A DNA stretch of 64,000 bases from Ferrovibrio sp. (GCF_017994015.1 NZ_JAGOLP010000013.1:15975-79974); one strand, 5' to 3'; positions 1 to 9,561 are shown, numbered from the stretch's first letter. Program-made: numbers and translations. The notes: generated from the sequence alone by a model not told the origin.

Positions 1-1095
1 TTACATCGGCTCCGGTTCGCGCGGGGCGATGATGGTTACCGGAACCACCACGGCTTGCGGCACGATGCTGTTAAGCGGGCTGGCAATACCGACCGTGGGA
101 TTGATCGGGGTGATCACACCGGTATTGTCAGTGAGCGACAAGCGATCCTGTGCCAGCACCGGCGGTGTGGTCGCGCCGGTATTCTGCATGGCCGTTGTTG
201 AACTGCCCGCCGTAGTGCTGCCCCCCGTCGCGCTGCCAGTCGTCGCGCCACCTGTCGTCGAACCCTGAAGGGTCTGCGCCTGTGGTGACTGGAGTGAACG
301 CACGGAATCAACACCGAGCGCTCTCAGGCTGCCCGTATCGGCGACGGTGTTGAGGAAGCTACTAAAATGATCAGGTGCCAGAGAGACCCCGCCATTCAGA
401 ATGTTTGTGAAATGGTCAAACAGATTCTGCGTCGACGATGTCGAATCTGACAGAGCCGAAAACCCAGACGAAGCGGCTACTATAGCCTCGGCCTGCTGGC
501 GCGCAGCATCATCAGAAAGCATGGATGTGCCGAAGCCTGGGCGCATGATGTCCTGGGTTTCCCCGTTTGTCGATGTCACCCGCATTTGTTGACCAAACAG
601 CATGGTGGCGTGGGTTGCCTGTTGCGCAGCCTCAACACTGGCGACGCCGCCACTGATGGCGACCTGGCCTTGTTTGGTGGTAATCAGCGTTGGTTGGACC
701 TTGCTGTTCTTGCCGCCCACCACACGCGCCGAGCCGGCATGCAGGGTCATGGCAATGGCGCCGCCCTTGCCGTCATGGCTGAAACGATCCACCGTCAATG
801 CGCTATTCGAACCGAGCAAAACAGCAGATTGATCGAGAAACAGCACATGCAGCCCGCCCTGCGGCCCGGTGACAAGGCGCTGGCCTACCTGCACCGGCGC
901 GCCAGCCGCCAATGGGGCATTACGGGCGGCAGAGACCACACCGGCCTGCTGTGCCTGGGCCGGGGCTTGAGCGGCGACAAGCAAGGCCATGCCGGCGGCA
1001 CTGCACAGGCAAAAGCTGCGGATCGGGTTGGATGGCCGGGTCGGTCGCATGATTGGTCTGCTCCCAGAGAAATTCTGAAAAAGGCGGCGCTGCAT
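1..1095 (-). CDS. Secreted FecR-domain protein with Ser/Thr/Gly-rich low-complexity C-terminal half (alternative start at 1050)
   Basis: Signal peptide ending AQAPAQA; FecR-like motif GQRLVTG..LHVLFLDQSAVLLGSNSALTVDRF; stop TAA at 1-3; start overlaps the stop of the upstream OMP gene. Confidence 0.75.
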   Translation of the reverse strand: MQRRLFQNFSGSRPIMRPTRPSNPIRSFCLCSAAGMALLVAAQAPAQAQQAGVVSAARNAPLAAGAPVQVGQRLVTGPQGGLHVLFLDQSAVLLGSNSALTVDRFSHDGKGGAIAMTLHAGSARVVGGKNSKVQPTLITTKQGQVAISGGVASVEAAQQATHATMLFGQQMRVTSTNGETQDIMRPGFGTSMLSDDAARQQAEAIVAASSGFSALSDSTSSTQNLFDHFTNILNGGVSLAPDHFSSFLNTVADTGSLRALGVDSVRSLQSPQAQTLQGSTTGGATTGSATGGSTTAGSSTTAMQNTGATTPPVLAQDRLSLTDNTGVITPINPTVGIASPLNSIVPQAVVVPVTIIAPREPEPM

Positions 1096-2477
1096 CAGAA
1101 ATTATAGACGGCACTCATCATGCCGGTCGTGTTGTTGAAACTGTAATTGCGCAGGTTCGAGTCAACCACGGCATATTCAAGGCCGAATAGCAGGCCCCAG
1201 CTTTTGTTCAGGCCGACAAACTGCGTGGCGCCGATGCGCCAATCGCGGTCTGCGCGCGTCACGCCCGGAGCGACGCTGGCATCCGGGCCGTCATAATCGC
1301 GCAAGGCGGCGCCGATATAGAGACTGGAAAACCAGTTGGCGCCGGTATCGGCCTGCAACGGATTACGATAGCCGATGGTATAGGTGAGGCGCAGATCGGC
1401 GCCGCGATACTGGAAAAAATCACGGTCGGCGACGCGGTCGGTCAGGTTGGCCAGCAAGGCCAGGCTTTGCAGCGGCGCCAATTCCTGCTTGGCGCGCAAT
1501 TGCAGCCGCCGCTCATAGCCGCTCTGGCCCTGGGCGTTGCTCACATCGGCGCGCTCGGCATAGAAATTGCGCCGAATATCATAGGTGGCGCCGACCAGCG
1601 TGGCGCCGTTGCTGAAGCGGTATTCCGCATCCATACCGCCGCCCAGGCCAACCAGATACTGGTTGCCATCCAGCAGATATTCGGTCAGCCCGAGATACGG
1701 CCGCAGCAGCAGATGCTTCAGGCCGGCCGGATCAGGCTGAAACCGGATGCCCGAGGTGAGATTGAGCGCCACCAGATCACGCGGATCGGTTTTGCTGCCG
1801 TTGCGATCATAATCCGCCGCGCTGCTGTAATGATTGGCAAACAGATTGGCAGTGCTGACCAGGGTGGCGCTATCCTGGCGCTGAAAATCCCATTCATGTT
1901 GCAGATTGGCGGCCACGAAGCCATCCAGATCGCTATCCGGGCGTGAACCGGCTGGCACGGTCTGCACCGCGCCGGCCTGCAACAGCGTGTCAGATTGAGA
2001 AGCGGCCGTGGGGTTGCTCTGCGCCCGCAGGCCTAGCGACAGGCTGCCGGATAATTTGGGGCCGGGCTGGATACGGCGCTGAATATCTTCCAGCAAGGCC
2101 GTGGCCGAGGCACGCAGGCCGGCATCCAGGCGCGGATCGGCCAGCGCCAGGCGCAGATAAAGCCCGGCCATCAGATAGGATTCGAGCCGGTAATAAAGCG
2201 AAGCCAGTTCAACCCGCAAGGCCGGCTCGGCATTGGGATCGAGCAATTGGCCTTCCAGCGTGGCAATGGCGCCCTCATAATTGCCCTGCTCCACCTGGCT
2301 GCGGGCAACGCTCTGGCGGGCTTGCAGATTGCCCGGCTGGCTCAGCAACTGGCGGAAAGCATCATTCAATTCGGGCTGATTGGCGCCGGCCTGCTGCGCC
2401 TGGGCAGTGGCAGGGTTGGCGAGAGAAGCGATGCCGGTGGCCAGCAAGACCACCGCAAACTTGCGCAAATCGCCCAT
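1095..2477 (-). CDS. TPR-containing outer-membrane beta-barrel protein, Slam/DUF560-like
   Basis: Signal peptide, N-terminal TPR-like helices (GNYEGAIATLE, RVELASLYYRL), alternating amphipathic strands, C-terminal ...AVYNF barrel signal. Confidence 0.7.
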   Translation of the reverse strand: MGDLRKFAVVLLATGIASLANPATAQAQQAGANQPELNDAFRQLLSQPGNLQARQSVARSQVEQGNYEGAIATLEGQLLDPNAEPALRVELASLYYRLESYLMAGLYLRLALADPRLDAGLRASATALLEDIQRRIQPGPKLSGSLSLGLRAQSNPTAASQSDTLLQAGAVQTVPAGSRPDSDLDGFVAANLQHEWDFQRQDSATLVSTANLFANHYSSAADYDRNGSKTDPRDLVALNLTSGIRFQPDPAGLKHLLLRPYLGLTEYLLDGNQYLVGLGGGMDAEYRFSNGATLVGATYDIRRNFYAERADVSNAQGQSGYERRLQLRAKQELAPLQSLALLANLTDRVADRDFFQYRGADLRLTYTIGYRNPLQADTGANWFSSLYIGAALRDYDGPDASVAPGVTRADRDWRIGATQFVGLNKSWGLLFGLEYAVVDSNLRNYSFNNTTGMMSAVYNF

Positions 2478-2591
2478 CTCATCCCCACCAGCCTAGCTTG
2501 ACACAAAACCGGGCCGCTCCTCGGCCAGGCACAACAACACTGCATGCCGACCCTATGGCCTTAATTTTGACCCGTCAACCCGTAGGTTGCA

Positions 2592-3374
2592 TCACGCATG
2601 GAGCAATGATTTGGCTAGTAGATAGCCGCCCAGTGCCAACAGCCCGCCAAAAAACCAGCGCCGGAAACTGGCGGCGCTGATGCGGCTGCGCAAGGCTTGG
2701 CCCAGCAGCATGCCGCCCAAAGCCGGCAGCAAGGCCAGCAATGCCGCCGCCGCCATGCCATCGCCATAACCGCCGGCGCCGGTGGCCAGCAAAGCCAGGC
2801 CCAGCGCGATGGTGGAAACCAGGAAGGACAGGCCAAGCGCCTGCACCAGATCATCCTTTTCCAGCCGCAACGCTTGCAGATACGGCACCGCCGGAATCAC
2901 AAACACGCCGGTGAGGATTGTCACCAGCCCGGTGGCCAGACCAACCAGCGGCCCGGCCCATATCTCCTGCCCGGGCTGCAATGGCAACTGACGCTGCGCC
3001 AGGCCCAGCCCGGCATAGGCCAGCAGGGCCAGGCCGAGCAACGCCGTGGCCCAGGAAAACGCACCGAGCGGAAACCATGCCGCGCCCAGAAATGTGCCCA
3101 GCACCACGCCGGCCAGCATCGGCCATAACCGGCGCAAAATGCCACGCAGATCCGGCCCGGCCAGCAATTGCCAGGCATTGGTGACCAGATTGGCCACCAG
3201 CAGCAAAGCCGCCGCCTGCACCGGCGCCATGATCAGCCCCAGCAACCCAACCGAAATGGTGGGCAGGCCGAGGCCGATCACCCCTTTGACAAAACCCGCC
3301 AGCACCAGCACGGCGGCGATGAACAGGAAAACCGGCGCGGAATAGGCGGGCAACAGGCTGAACAGATCGGTCAT
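2592..3374 (-). CDS. TauE/SafE family membrane protein (sulfite exporter-like)
   Basis: AGFVKGVIGLGLP motif, about 8 hydrophobic segments, TGVFVIPAVPYLQ motif. Confidence 0.85.
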   Translation of the reverse strand: MTDLFSLLPAYSAPVFLFIAAVLVLAGFVKGVIGLGLPTISVGLLGLIMAPVQAAALLLVANLVTNAWQLLAGPDLRGILRRLWPMLAGVVLGTFLGAAWFPLGAFSWATALLGLALLAYAGLGLAQRQLPLQPGQEIWAGPLVGLATGLVTILTGVFVIPAVPYLQALRLEKDDLVQALGLSFLVSTIALGLALLATGAGGYGDGMAAAALLALLPALGGMLLGQALRSRISAASFRRWFFGGLLALGGYLLAKSLLHA

Positions 3375-3646
3375 GGCCTCGGGTCTGGCTGAAGGAGGAA
3401 ACAATACGGCAGCAGCCTATCCGAAAAGCCTGACAGAATGCTTCGATCCCGGTCGAAATGGGCGGGGGTTTCCCTCACTCGCTCCAGCACCTAGCGGATC
3501 GACATGCGTGCAGAGCATACGGCATCGGCTTCATTTCCTTTAGAAATCCAACGCAAAAGACAAGAAAAGCCCTGCCGTTTGCGACAAGCGGAGAAATGGC
3601 TCTGCTTCTGGACGGCCGATCAGTGAGCAGACAGGTATCGCTTGTT

Positions 3647-5056
3647 TCAGCCGCGAGATTGCGGCCGGGCGCAGGTCAGAAACTGGCCGCGGCCCGTATG
3701 ACCGACAGGCTTGCCGTCATCCACGATGACTTCACCTCGCGAGATCACTGTGTCCGGCCAGGCCGATATCTCCATCCCTTCATAGGGTGTGTAGTCGACA
3801 TTGTGGTGCAGCATGGCGTTGCTGATGGTCCGGCTCGTGCTGGTATCCCAGATGACAATATCGGCATCGGAACCAATGGCAATGGAGCCTTTGCGCGGGT
3901 AAAGCCCGTATAGCTTCGCGGCATTGGTGGCGGTGAGCGCAACGAATTGTTGCAGCGTGATACGCCCCTTCAGCACACCTTCCGACAGCAGCAATGCCAT
4001 GCGGGTCTCCAGGCCCGGAATGCCGTTCGGAATTTTTGAGAATGAAGCACCCTCGCCGGCCACCTTCTTGCCGGTCGGCCCGTTCAGCTTAAAGGGCGCA
4101 TGATCTGAAGAGACAATATCAAAAGTGCCGTTGCGCAGGCCGGCCCAGATCACCTCCTGGTTTGCCTTGTCGCGGGGCGGCGGCGAACAGATGCACATGG
4201 CGCCATCATGCCCCGGCCGGTCGAGATTCTCGGCGCTGAGGAAGAGATATTGCGGGCAGGTTTCGGCATGGATGCGCAGACCGCGCGACTGCGCCCAGCG
4301 AATCTGCTCAACCGCCTCGCGGCCCGAAACATGCACGATCAGGATCGGCACATCGACCAGTTCGGCAAAGCTGATAGCGCGATGGGTCGCTTCTCGCTCG
4401 ACCAGCAGTGGTCGCGCCACTGCGTGATACTTAGGCGCGATGCGGCCGGCCAGTTCCAGCCGTTCGGTCAGCCAGGCGATGGCATCGGTATTCTCGGCAT
4501 GGATCATTGCCATGGCGCCTTCGCGGCGTGCCACGTCCAGCGTCTCAAGAATCTGACGATCATTCAGCTTCAGATCGTCGTATGTCATATAGATCTTGAA
4601 CGACGTATAACCCTCGCCGATCAGGGCCGGCAGTTCCTGCCCCAGCACCGAAGCCGTGGGATCGCTGACGATCAGGTGGAAGGCATAGTCGATCAGCGCC
4701 TTGCCCTCGGCACGCGCATGATAGTCGATCAGCGCCGCACGCAGCGACTGGCCCTTCATCTGGCAGGCGAAGGGAATCACCGTCGTGGTGCCACCGCAGG
4801 CCGCCGACAGGGTGCCGGAGGCGAAATCGTCGGCCATCACGGAGCCGTCGCTCATTGGCTGATCGAGATGGCAATGGGCATCAATGCCACCCGGCAGCAC
4901 CAGGCGGCCAGCCGCATTGATCTCGCGCTGACCAGCGCCGAGCTCCTGTCCAAGTGCGGAAATCACGCCGTTTCGGATACCGAGATCGCAAACCATTGTA
5001 TCGGCTGCTGTGGCGATGCGCGCATCGCGGATAACAAGATCAAAATTGGCGCTCAT
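3647..5056 (-). CDS. hydA: Dihydropyrimidinase / D-hydantoinase
   Basis: PGGIDAHCH, SFKIY (carbamylated Lys), HAEN, VHVS and SSDHAP amidohydrolase metal ligands; ATG at 5056 overlaps the racemase stop. Confidence 0.9.
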   Translation of the reverse strand: MSANFDLVIRDARIATAADTMVCDLGIRNGVISALGQELGAGQREINAAGRLVLPGGIDAHCHLDQPMSDGSVMADDFASGTLSAACGGTTTVIPFACQMKGQSLRAALIDYHARAEGKALIDYAFHLIVSDPTASVLGQELPALIGEGYTSFKIYMTYDDLKLNDRQILETLDVARREGAMAMIHAENTDAIAWLTERLELAGRIAPKYHAVARPLLVEREATHRAISFAELVDVPILIVHVSGREAVEQIRWAQSRGLRIHAETCPQYLFLSAENLDRPGHDGAMCICSPPPRDKANQEVIWAGLRNGTFDIVSSDHAPFKLNGPTGKKVAGEGASFSKIPNGIPGLETRMALLLSEGVLKGRITLQQFVALTATNAAKLYGLYPRKGSIAIGSDADIVIWDTSTSRTISNAMLHHNVDYTPYEGMEISAWPDTVISRGEVIVDDGKPVGHTGRGQFLTCARPQSRG

Positions 5057-5814
5057 GGCGATGCCACATCCTTGCCGCTGATCAGGGTTGCCAATGCCGG
5101 CGTCACGCCGGTCACCATCTTGGGATCGGGCCGGCGGAAGCTGCCGGCAGTCGCTTTCCGCAGATTCAGTTGTGCCAGCAATTCGGCCTGTTTCACTGCC
5201 GCCGCCACGCCGTCGACAACCGGCACCGGGATGCGGTCGGCTACGATCTGCGCCAGACCGGCCAGCGGCGCCCCGGCGAGAATGACGACATCGGCACCGT
5301 CCTGCTTGATGGCGCGCTGCGCCAGATCGATCAACAGGGCTTCTTTTTCCGCCTGCACGTCGCCGATATCGCTGAACGGCCCATCCAGCAGGCTGATGCC
5401 AGCCAGTCGTCCGGTCAGGCCGTGATATTCCACGCATTCGCGATACCACGGCCCGAGTGCCGTGGCGAAAGACACGATTGCGAAACGCCGGCCCAGCATG
5501 CAGGCAGTCAGCATCGCGGCTTCGGCCAGACCAATCACCGGCACCGGCATCAACTCGCGCGCACCGCCAAGACCGGGATCGCCGAAGGCGGCGATTACCG
5601 CAGCGTCGAACTGCCCGACCTGCTCGGCCAGCATTTCCAGCGCCACGCGGCCACCAATAACGGCCTCTGCCCGTGTAGCGATATAAGGCACACCGTAGGA
5701 TGCCGTAGCGAAGCTCAGCGTCGTCGCTGCTCCAGCCGCAGCCCGCGCCGCGGCGGCAATGCGATCAGTCACCGATTGCGAGGTGTTCGGGTTGATCAGC
5801 AATATCCGTGTCAT
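5053..5814 (-). CDS. Hydantoin/allantoin racemase-family protein lacking both catalytic cysteines
   Basis: RILLINPNTS N-terminus, AAFGDPG and VPVVDG motifs. Confidence 0.85.
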   Translation of the reverse strand: MTRILLINPNTSQSVTDRIAAAARAAAGAATTLSFATASYGVPYIATRAEAVIGGRVALEMLAEQVGQFDAAVIAAFGDPGLGGARELMPVPVIGLAEAAMLTACMLGRRFAIVSFATALGPWYRECVEYHGLTGRLAGISLLDGPFSDIGDVQAEKEALLIDLAQRAIKQDGADVVILAGAPLAGLAQIVADRIPVPVVDGVAAAVKQAELLAQLNLRKATAGSFRRPDPKMVTGVTPALATLISGKDVASP

Positions 5815-7184
5815 GCGGTCGCTCCGGTCCACAGGCCGCATTCGGCGAAAATAGTTTCCGCTCGGGCGGCGAAATCGAGCAGGAAATTGTCGGCGAAACG
5901 CCGAGCGATTATCTGCATCCCGAATGGCAGGCCGGCAGCATCGCGGCCGCAGGGAACGGAAATCGCCGGCACACCGGCTTGATTGAAGATCGGTGTGAAA
6001 ACAGCATGGTCGCGCGGCGCGGCTGGCCGGCCACCGATCTGCGCCGGGCCAAGTTGCGTCGCTGGCCAGGCCGTGCATGGGACGGTAGGGCAGAGCAGCA
6101 GATCAAAATCGCCGAAGAATCGCGCCAGAGTCTTTGCCACGGTCTCGCGCAGCAGCAGCGCGGCTGCGACATCCTGGCCCTGCAGAGTCAGACCGGCCTC
6201 GATTTGCCGCCCGATATCGGGATCGAAAAGTTCCGGATTCTGATGATAGCGCGCGCCGTAAAGCGCCGCGAGCCCGGCATATTGCAGCGGCATGAACCCA
6301 GCTTCGCCGAGGCCGTCCGGCCAGGCGGGCGATACCTGGGCAATGGACATTCCAGCCGCACGCAGCGCCTCAACAGCATTTTCCACGCCATGGCGTACAC
6401 TGTCATCGATTGCGACATCGAGACCGAGGCTGGGGCTGAAAGCGATGCGGATGGGATTGCCCGCAAAAGCTGGTGGAAGCGAACAACTGGCCGGATCGCG
6501 TGGATCGAAAGCCGCCAGAACAGAGAAAGCCGACCGCAGATCGGTCATACAACGCGCCATCGGCGCGATTACACCATGGCCGAAAACCGGTTCACTGAAG
6601 CCGGGGCCGAGTGGGATGGCGCCGGCGGAGGGTTTGAAGCCGACCAATCCACAATGAGCCGCCGGCCTGCGCGCAGAACCGCCGGCATCGGTAGCAAGGG
6701 CAAAATCGCCGATCCCAACTCCCAACGCAGCGGCGGCACCGCCAGACGATCCACCTGGCGTCAGCTCCGGCGCCTGCGGGTGTCGTGTCAGGCCGTGCAG
6801 CAGATTTGTAGTCATGCCTTTGCAGGCAAATTCCGAACAATTGGTGATGCCGAGATACAGCGCCCCAGCCTGCCGTAGCCGCGCCACCGCCCATGCCTCT
6901 TCAGGTGCGATGAAATCGCGGAACAGTAATGAGCCCTGACTGATCTTCTCGCCCGCAACCCAGAGATTATCCTTCACCGTGAAAGTATGCCCATAGAGCG
7001 GCATTGGCTGCCCCGCAGCATACGCGTCTTGCAGCCTTGCGGCCTCGGCGCGCACTGCATCCGGGTTATGGCGGATTACGGCATTCAGCGTCGGATTGTG
7101 TTGCGCGATGCGCGCGATCATCTGCTCGGCAATGGCGGTGAGATCTGACGAACGAGCGTCGCTCTGAAGGATCGAGGATGTCAT
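5811..7184 (-). CDS. Amidase-signature enzyme (GatA/AtzE-like)
   Basis: TVKD, PGGSSGG and ATDAGGSARRPA; Ser-cisSer-Lys triad intact. Confidence 0.9.
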   Translation of the reverse strand: MTSSILQSDARSSDLTAIAEQMIARIAQHNPTLNAVIRHNPDAVRAEAARLQDAYAAGQPMPLYGHTFTVKDNLWVAGEKISQGSLLFRDFIAPEEAWAVARLRQAGALYLGITNCSEFACKGMTTNLLHGLTRHPQAPELTPGGSSGGAAAALGVGIGDFALATDAGGSARRPAAHCGLVGFKPSAGAIPLGPGFSEPVFGHGVIAPMARCMTDLRSAFSVLAAFDPRDPASCSLPPAFAGNPIRIAFSPSLGLDVAIDDSVRHGVENAVEALRAAGMSIAQVSPAWPDGLGEAGFMPLQYAGLAALYGARYHQNPELFDPDIGRQIEAGLTLQGQDVAAALLLRETVAKTLARFFGDFDLLLCPTVPCTAWPATQLGPAQIGGRPAAPRDHAVFTPIFNQAGVPAISVPCGRDAAGLPFGMQIIARRFADNFLLDFAARAETIFAECGLWTGATA

Positions 7185-8362
7185 GGCCACACCAATTTGC
7201 GCAGGGGCCAGGTGCCGACGAGGCAGAGCAGGCCGAGGAATATGAAGGCCGCACCATAGCCGAGGCCGGAAGCGAGCAGGCCGACCAGGAGCGGCGCCAG
7301 AACCAGCCCACTATAACTTGCCAGCAGCACGGCACCTGTTGCGGCGGCGACCTGATCGGGTGGAGCATGCCGCGCCACTTCGGCAAGAAAGACACCGTTC
7401 CAGCCACTGGCGGTCAGCCCGAAGAGAAAAACCAGCGCAAACAGACCGCTGCCATGCAAATAGGGCATGACACTGCCAACCAGAATCGCACAGATGGCCA
7501 TTGCCAGGCCCAGCCCAGCAATCACGGCCGCGGGACCACCGAGATACCGCGTCATCCATCCCCAGCTGAGGCGGCCGATCAGGCCACCACCCTGGGCGAC
7601 CGCCAGTAAAATGCCGGCGGCGACAAAGTCGAGAGACAGTTCCAGCGTGAGGAAGCTGATCAGGAAGGTGTTGAGGCTCATCTGCATTGCGGAATAGCCG
7701 AGCGAAGCTGCGGCCAGCCTTCCCAATCCAGCATTCTGCTGCAAAAGCGCCAACCCTTCCTGCCAGCGCATCGTGCGCGCCTGCGTCGCCGCAAAACGCC
7801 GCCCAAGAGGCTGGCAGGCAATGGCCAGCAGCAGCGCTGCACTTGCTACCAGCCAGGGGCCGTGGCGCCAGTCGCCGGCCGCCAGTACAGGCAACAGCAA
7901 AGAGCCGGCCATAGCGCCGATCTGGTTGCCGGTCTGGCGCAGTGAAAATACCAGGCTGCGCTCCTGTGGCTGCGCAGCCTGCGCCAGGACAGCCGAACTG
8001 GCCGGTGTTTCCGGTCCAAAAGCCAATCCCAGCAGGATGGCCGCCAGCAGGAAGCCAATGGGCTGGCCCGCTGCCAGCAGCAGCATCGCCAACATAACGC
8101 AGCCGAGCACGGCCTGGGCCAGCCGGATTGGACCAATCCGGTTGCACAACAAGCCACCGAACAGCGAGGTGACGGCGCCAAGCCCGAAGACGATCACGCC
8201 ATATAGACCAAGAAGCGCCGGCGAGAGTCCGCCCCCGAGATGTGGCGCCAGCACCGGCACGGCGAAAACGGCAAGCGCAACGCAGGCCTGCAGCGCGGTC
8301 ATCGCCGCCAGCGGCGACCCAAGACGGCGCCAACGCGACATGATATTCTGTTCAACAGACAT
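7181..8362 (-). CDS. MFS transporter (start 8362 or 8341)
   Basis: About 12 hydrophobic segments; GPETPASS, FSLRQTGNQIG and GWNGVFLAEVAR motifs. Confidence 0.85.
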   Translation of the reverse strand: MSVEQNIMSRWRRLGSPLAAMTALQACVALAVFAVPVLAPHLGGGLSPALLGLYGVIVFGLGAVTSLFGGLLCNRIGPIRLAQAVLGCVMLAMLLLAAGQPIGFLLAAILLGLAFGPETPASSAVLAQAAQPQERSLVFSLRQTGNQIGAMAGSLLLPVLAAGDWRHGPWLVASAALLLAIACQPLGRRFAATQARTMRWQEGLALLQQNAGLGRLAAASLGYSAMQMSLNTFLISFLTLELSLDFVAAGILLAVAQGGGLIGRLSWGWMTRYLGGPAAVIAGLGLAMAICAILVGSVMPYLHGSGLFALVFLFGLTASGWNGVFLAEVARHAPPDQVAAATGAVLLASYSGLVLAPLLVGLLASGLGYGAAFIFLGLLCLVGTWPLRKLVWP

Positions 8363-8375
8363 AGGGAGAGGTACG

Positions 8376-8732
8376 ATGTCCATTAACAAGGCTGGCGGCA
8401 TTTCGATTCATGCCGTCGATGTGGCAGCGGGGCGGCCAGCGGATGGCATGCGCGTCGAACTGCATCGCCTGGCGCCGCAACCGCAAAAGCTGGCAGAAGG
8501 CCGGCTCGGTGCCACTGGCGCCTTCGACCATGCCAGTATGCATGGCGAGGGCGTAATCGCCGGCCAATACGAAGTGCTGTTTCATGTCGGCGAATGGCTC
8601 GCCGGGCAGGATCGAGATAGCAAATTCCTCGGCACCGTGCCCTTCCGTTTTACGGTCGACGATGCGAGCCAGCATTTCCATCTCCCCTTTAAATTCACCC
8701 CTTGGGGCTTTTCGCTGTTCCGCGGCAGTTGA
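8376..8732 (+). CDS. uraH: Transthyretin-like / 5-hydroxyisourate hydrolase-family protein (divergent)
   Basis: SIHAVD...GRPA, HFHLP and C-terminal PWGFSLFRGS; RBS GGGAGAGG upstream. Confidence 0.8.
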   Translation: MSINKAGGISIHAVDVAAGRPADGMRVELHRLAPQPQKLAEGRLGATGAFDHASMHGEGVIAGQYEVLFHVGEWLAGQDRDSKFLGTVPFRFTVDDASQHFHLPFKFTPWGFSLFRGS

Positions 8733-8735
8733 GGC

Positions 8736-9551
8736 TCAGCGCATGCGGCGGGACAAGCCGGCGAAGCGCTCCATCAATAGCATTAGTGCCAGGCTGAACA
8801 GGATCAGCACGCCAGACACCGCCGCGACGCGGACATCCAATGTGTTTTCCATAGTCTGCCACATGCGGATCGGGAGCATCTCGTTGCGCGCATCCGACAG
8901 GAACAGCGAGACAGGCACATTGTCAAAAGACGACATGAAGGCGATGAAGCCGCCTGCCATGATGCCGCCACTGATCAGCGGCAGTATCACGCGCCGATAG
9001 GTATAGATCCGGCTGGCGCCCAGGCTGGCCGAGCATTCGAGCAGCGACGGATCGAGCTGCGAAAGGCTGGCCAGAGTGGTGCGGAATACGTAGGGAGCGC
9101 AGACAACAACATGACCGACCACCACGGTGGTGAGCGACAGCGGAATGCCGAGCAGACTGAAATACATCAGGGCTGAAAGGCCGAAGGCCAGCGCCGGCAG
9201 CACAAGCGGCGACATGAACAGGCTTTCGAGTTGACGCGCAGCAGCGGATTTCGATCGCGCCACAGCGAAAGCGGCAGGCACTGTAAACAGTATCGAGAAC
9301 AGCGTGGAGAGAACAGCCGCCTGCAGGCTATTCCAGGCCGCATCCTGGATCTGCCAGGCATCAGCCAGCGCCACGTACCAGCGAATAGAATAACCAGGCG
9401 GCGGGAATTTCAGCGAATAGCCATCAGTAAAGGAAACGATCAGCACAATGGCGGTAGGCGCGATGATGAGCAGAACTGCCGCTGCGCTCAGGATGCCCAT
9501 CACCGCATTAAAGCTGATTGAATCCAGGTTTTGGCGACGCCCAACAGCCAT
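8736..9551 (-). CDS. ABC transporter permease (PotC-like)
   Basis: EAA-like motif LLECSASLGA; hydrophobic. Confidence 0.9.
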   Translation of the reverse strand: MAVGRRQNLDSISFNAVMGILSAAAVLLIIAPTAIVLIVSFTDGYSLKFPPPGYSIRWYVALADAWQIQDAAWNSLQAAVLSTLFSILFTVPAAFAVARSKSAAARQLESLFMSPLVLPALAFGLSALMYFSLLGIPLSLTTVVVGHVVVCAPYVFRTTLASLSQLDPSLLECSASLGASRIYTYRRVILPLISGGIMAGGFIAFMSSFDNVPVSLFLSDARNEMLPIRMWQTMENTLDVRVAAVSGVLILFSLALMLLMERFAGLSRRMR

Positions 9552-9561
9552 GCTGCCCCCC

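Noticed and set aside
2567-2578. TTGACCCGTCAA as an FNR box
   Set aside because: Wrong half-site and spacing relative to TTGAT-N4-ATCAA
3438-3460. Possible remnant of a LysR gene start divergent from tauE
   Set aside because: The resemblance is a few codons only and cannot be supported without alignment
3594-3615. Possible attR copy of the tRNA-Arg 3' end
   Set aside because: Only AAATGGC (7 bp) matches; too short to call
5057-5449. N-terminal extension of hydA in the ORF track
   Set aside because: Overlaps the racemase-like gene; the coupled ATG at 5056 is the plausible start
7773-8375. Long N-terminal extension of the uraH-like ORF
   Set aside because: Antisense to the MFS gene; RBS and family length support a start at 8376
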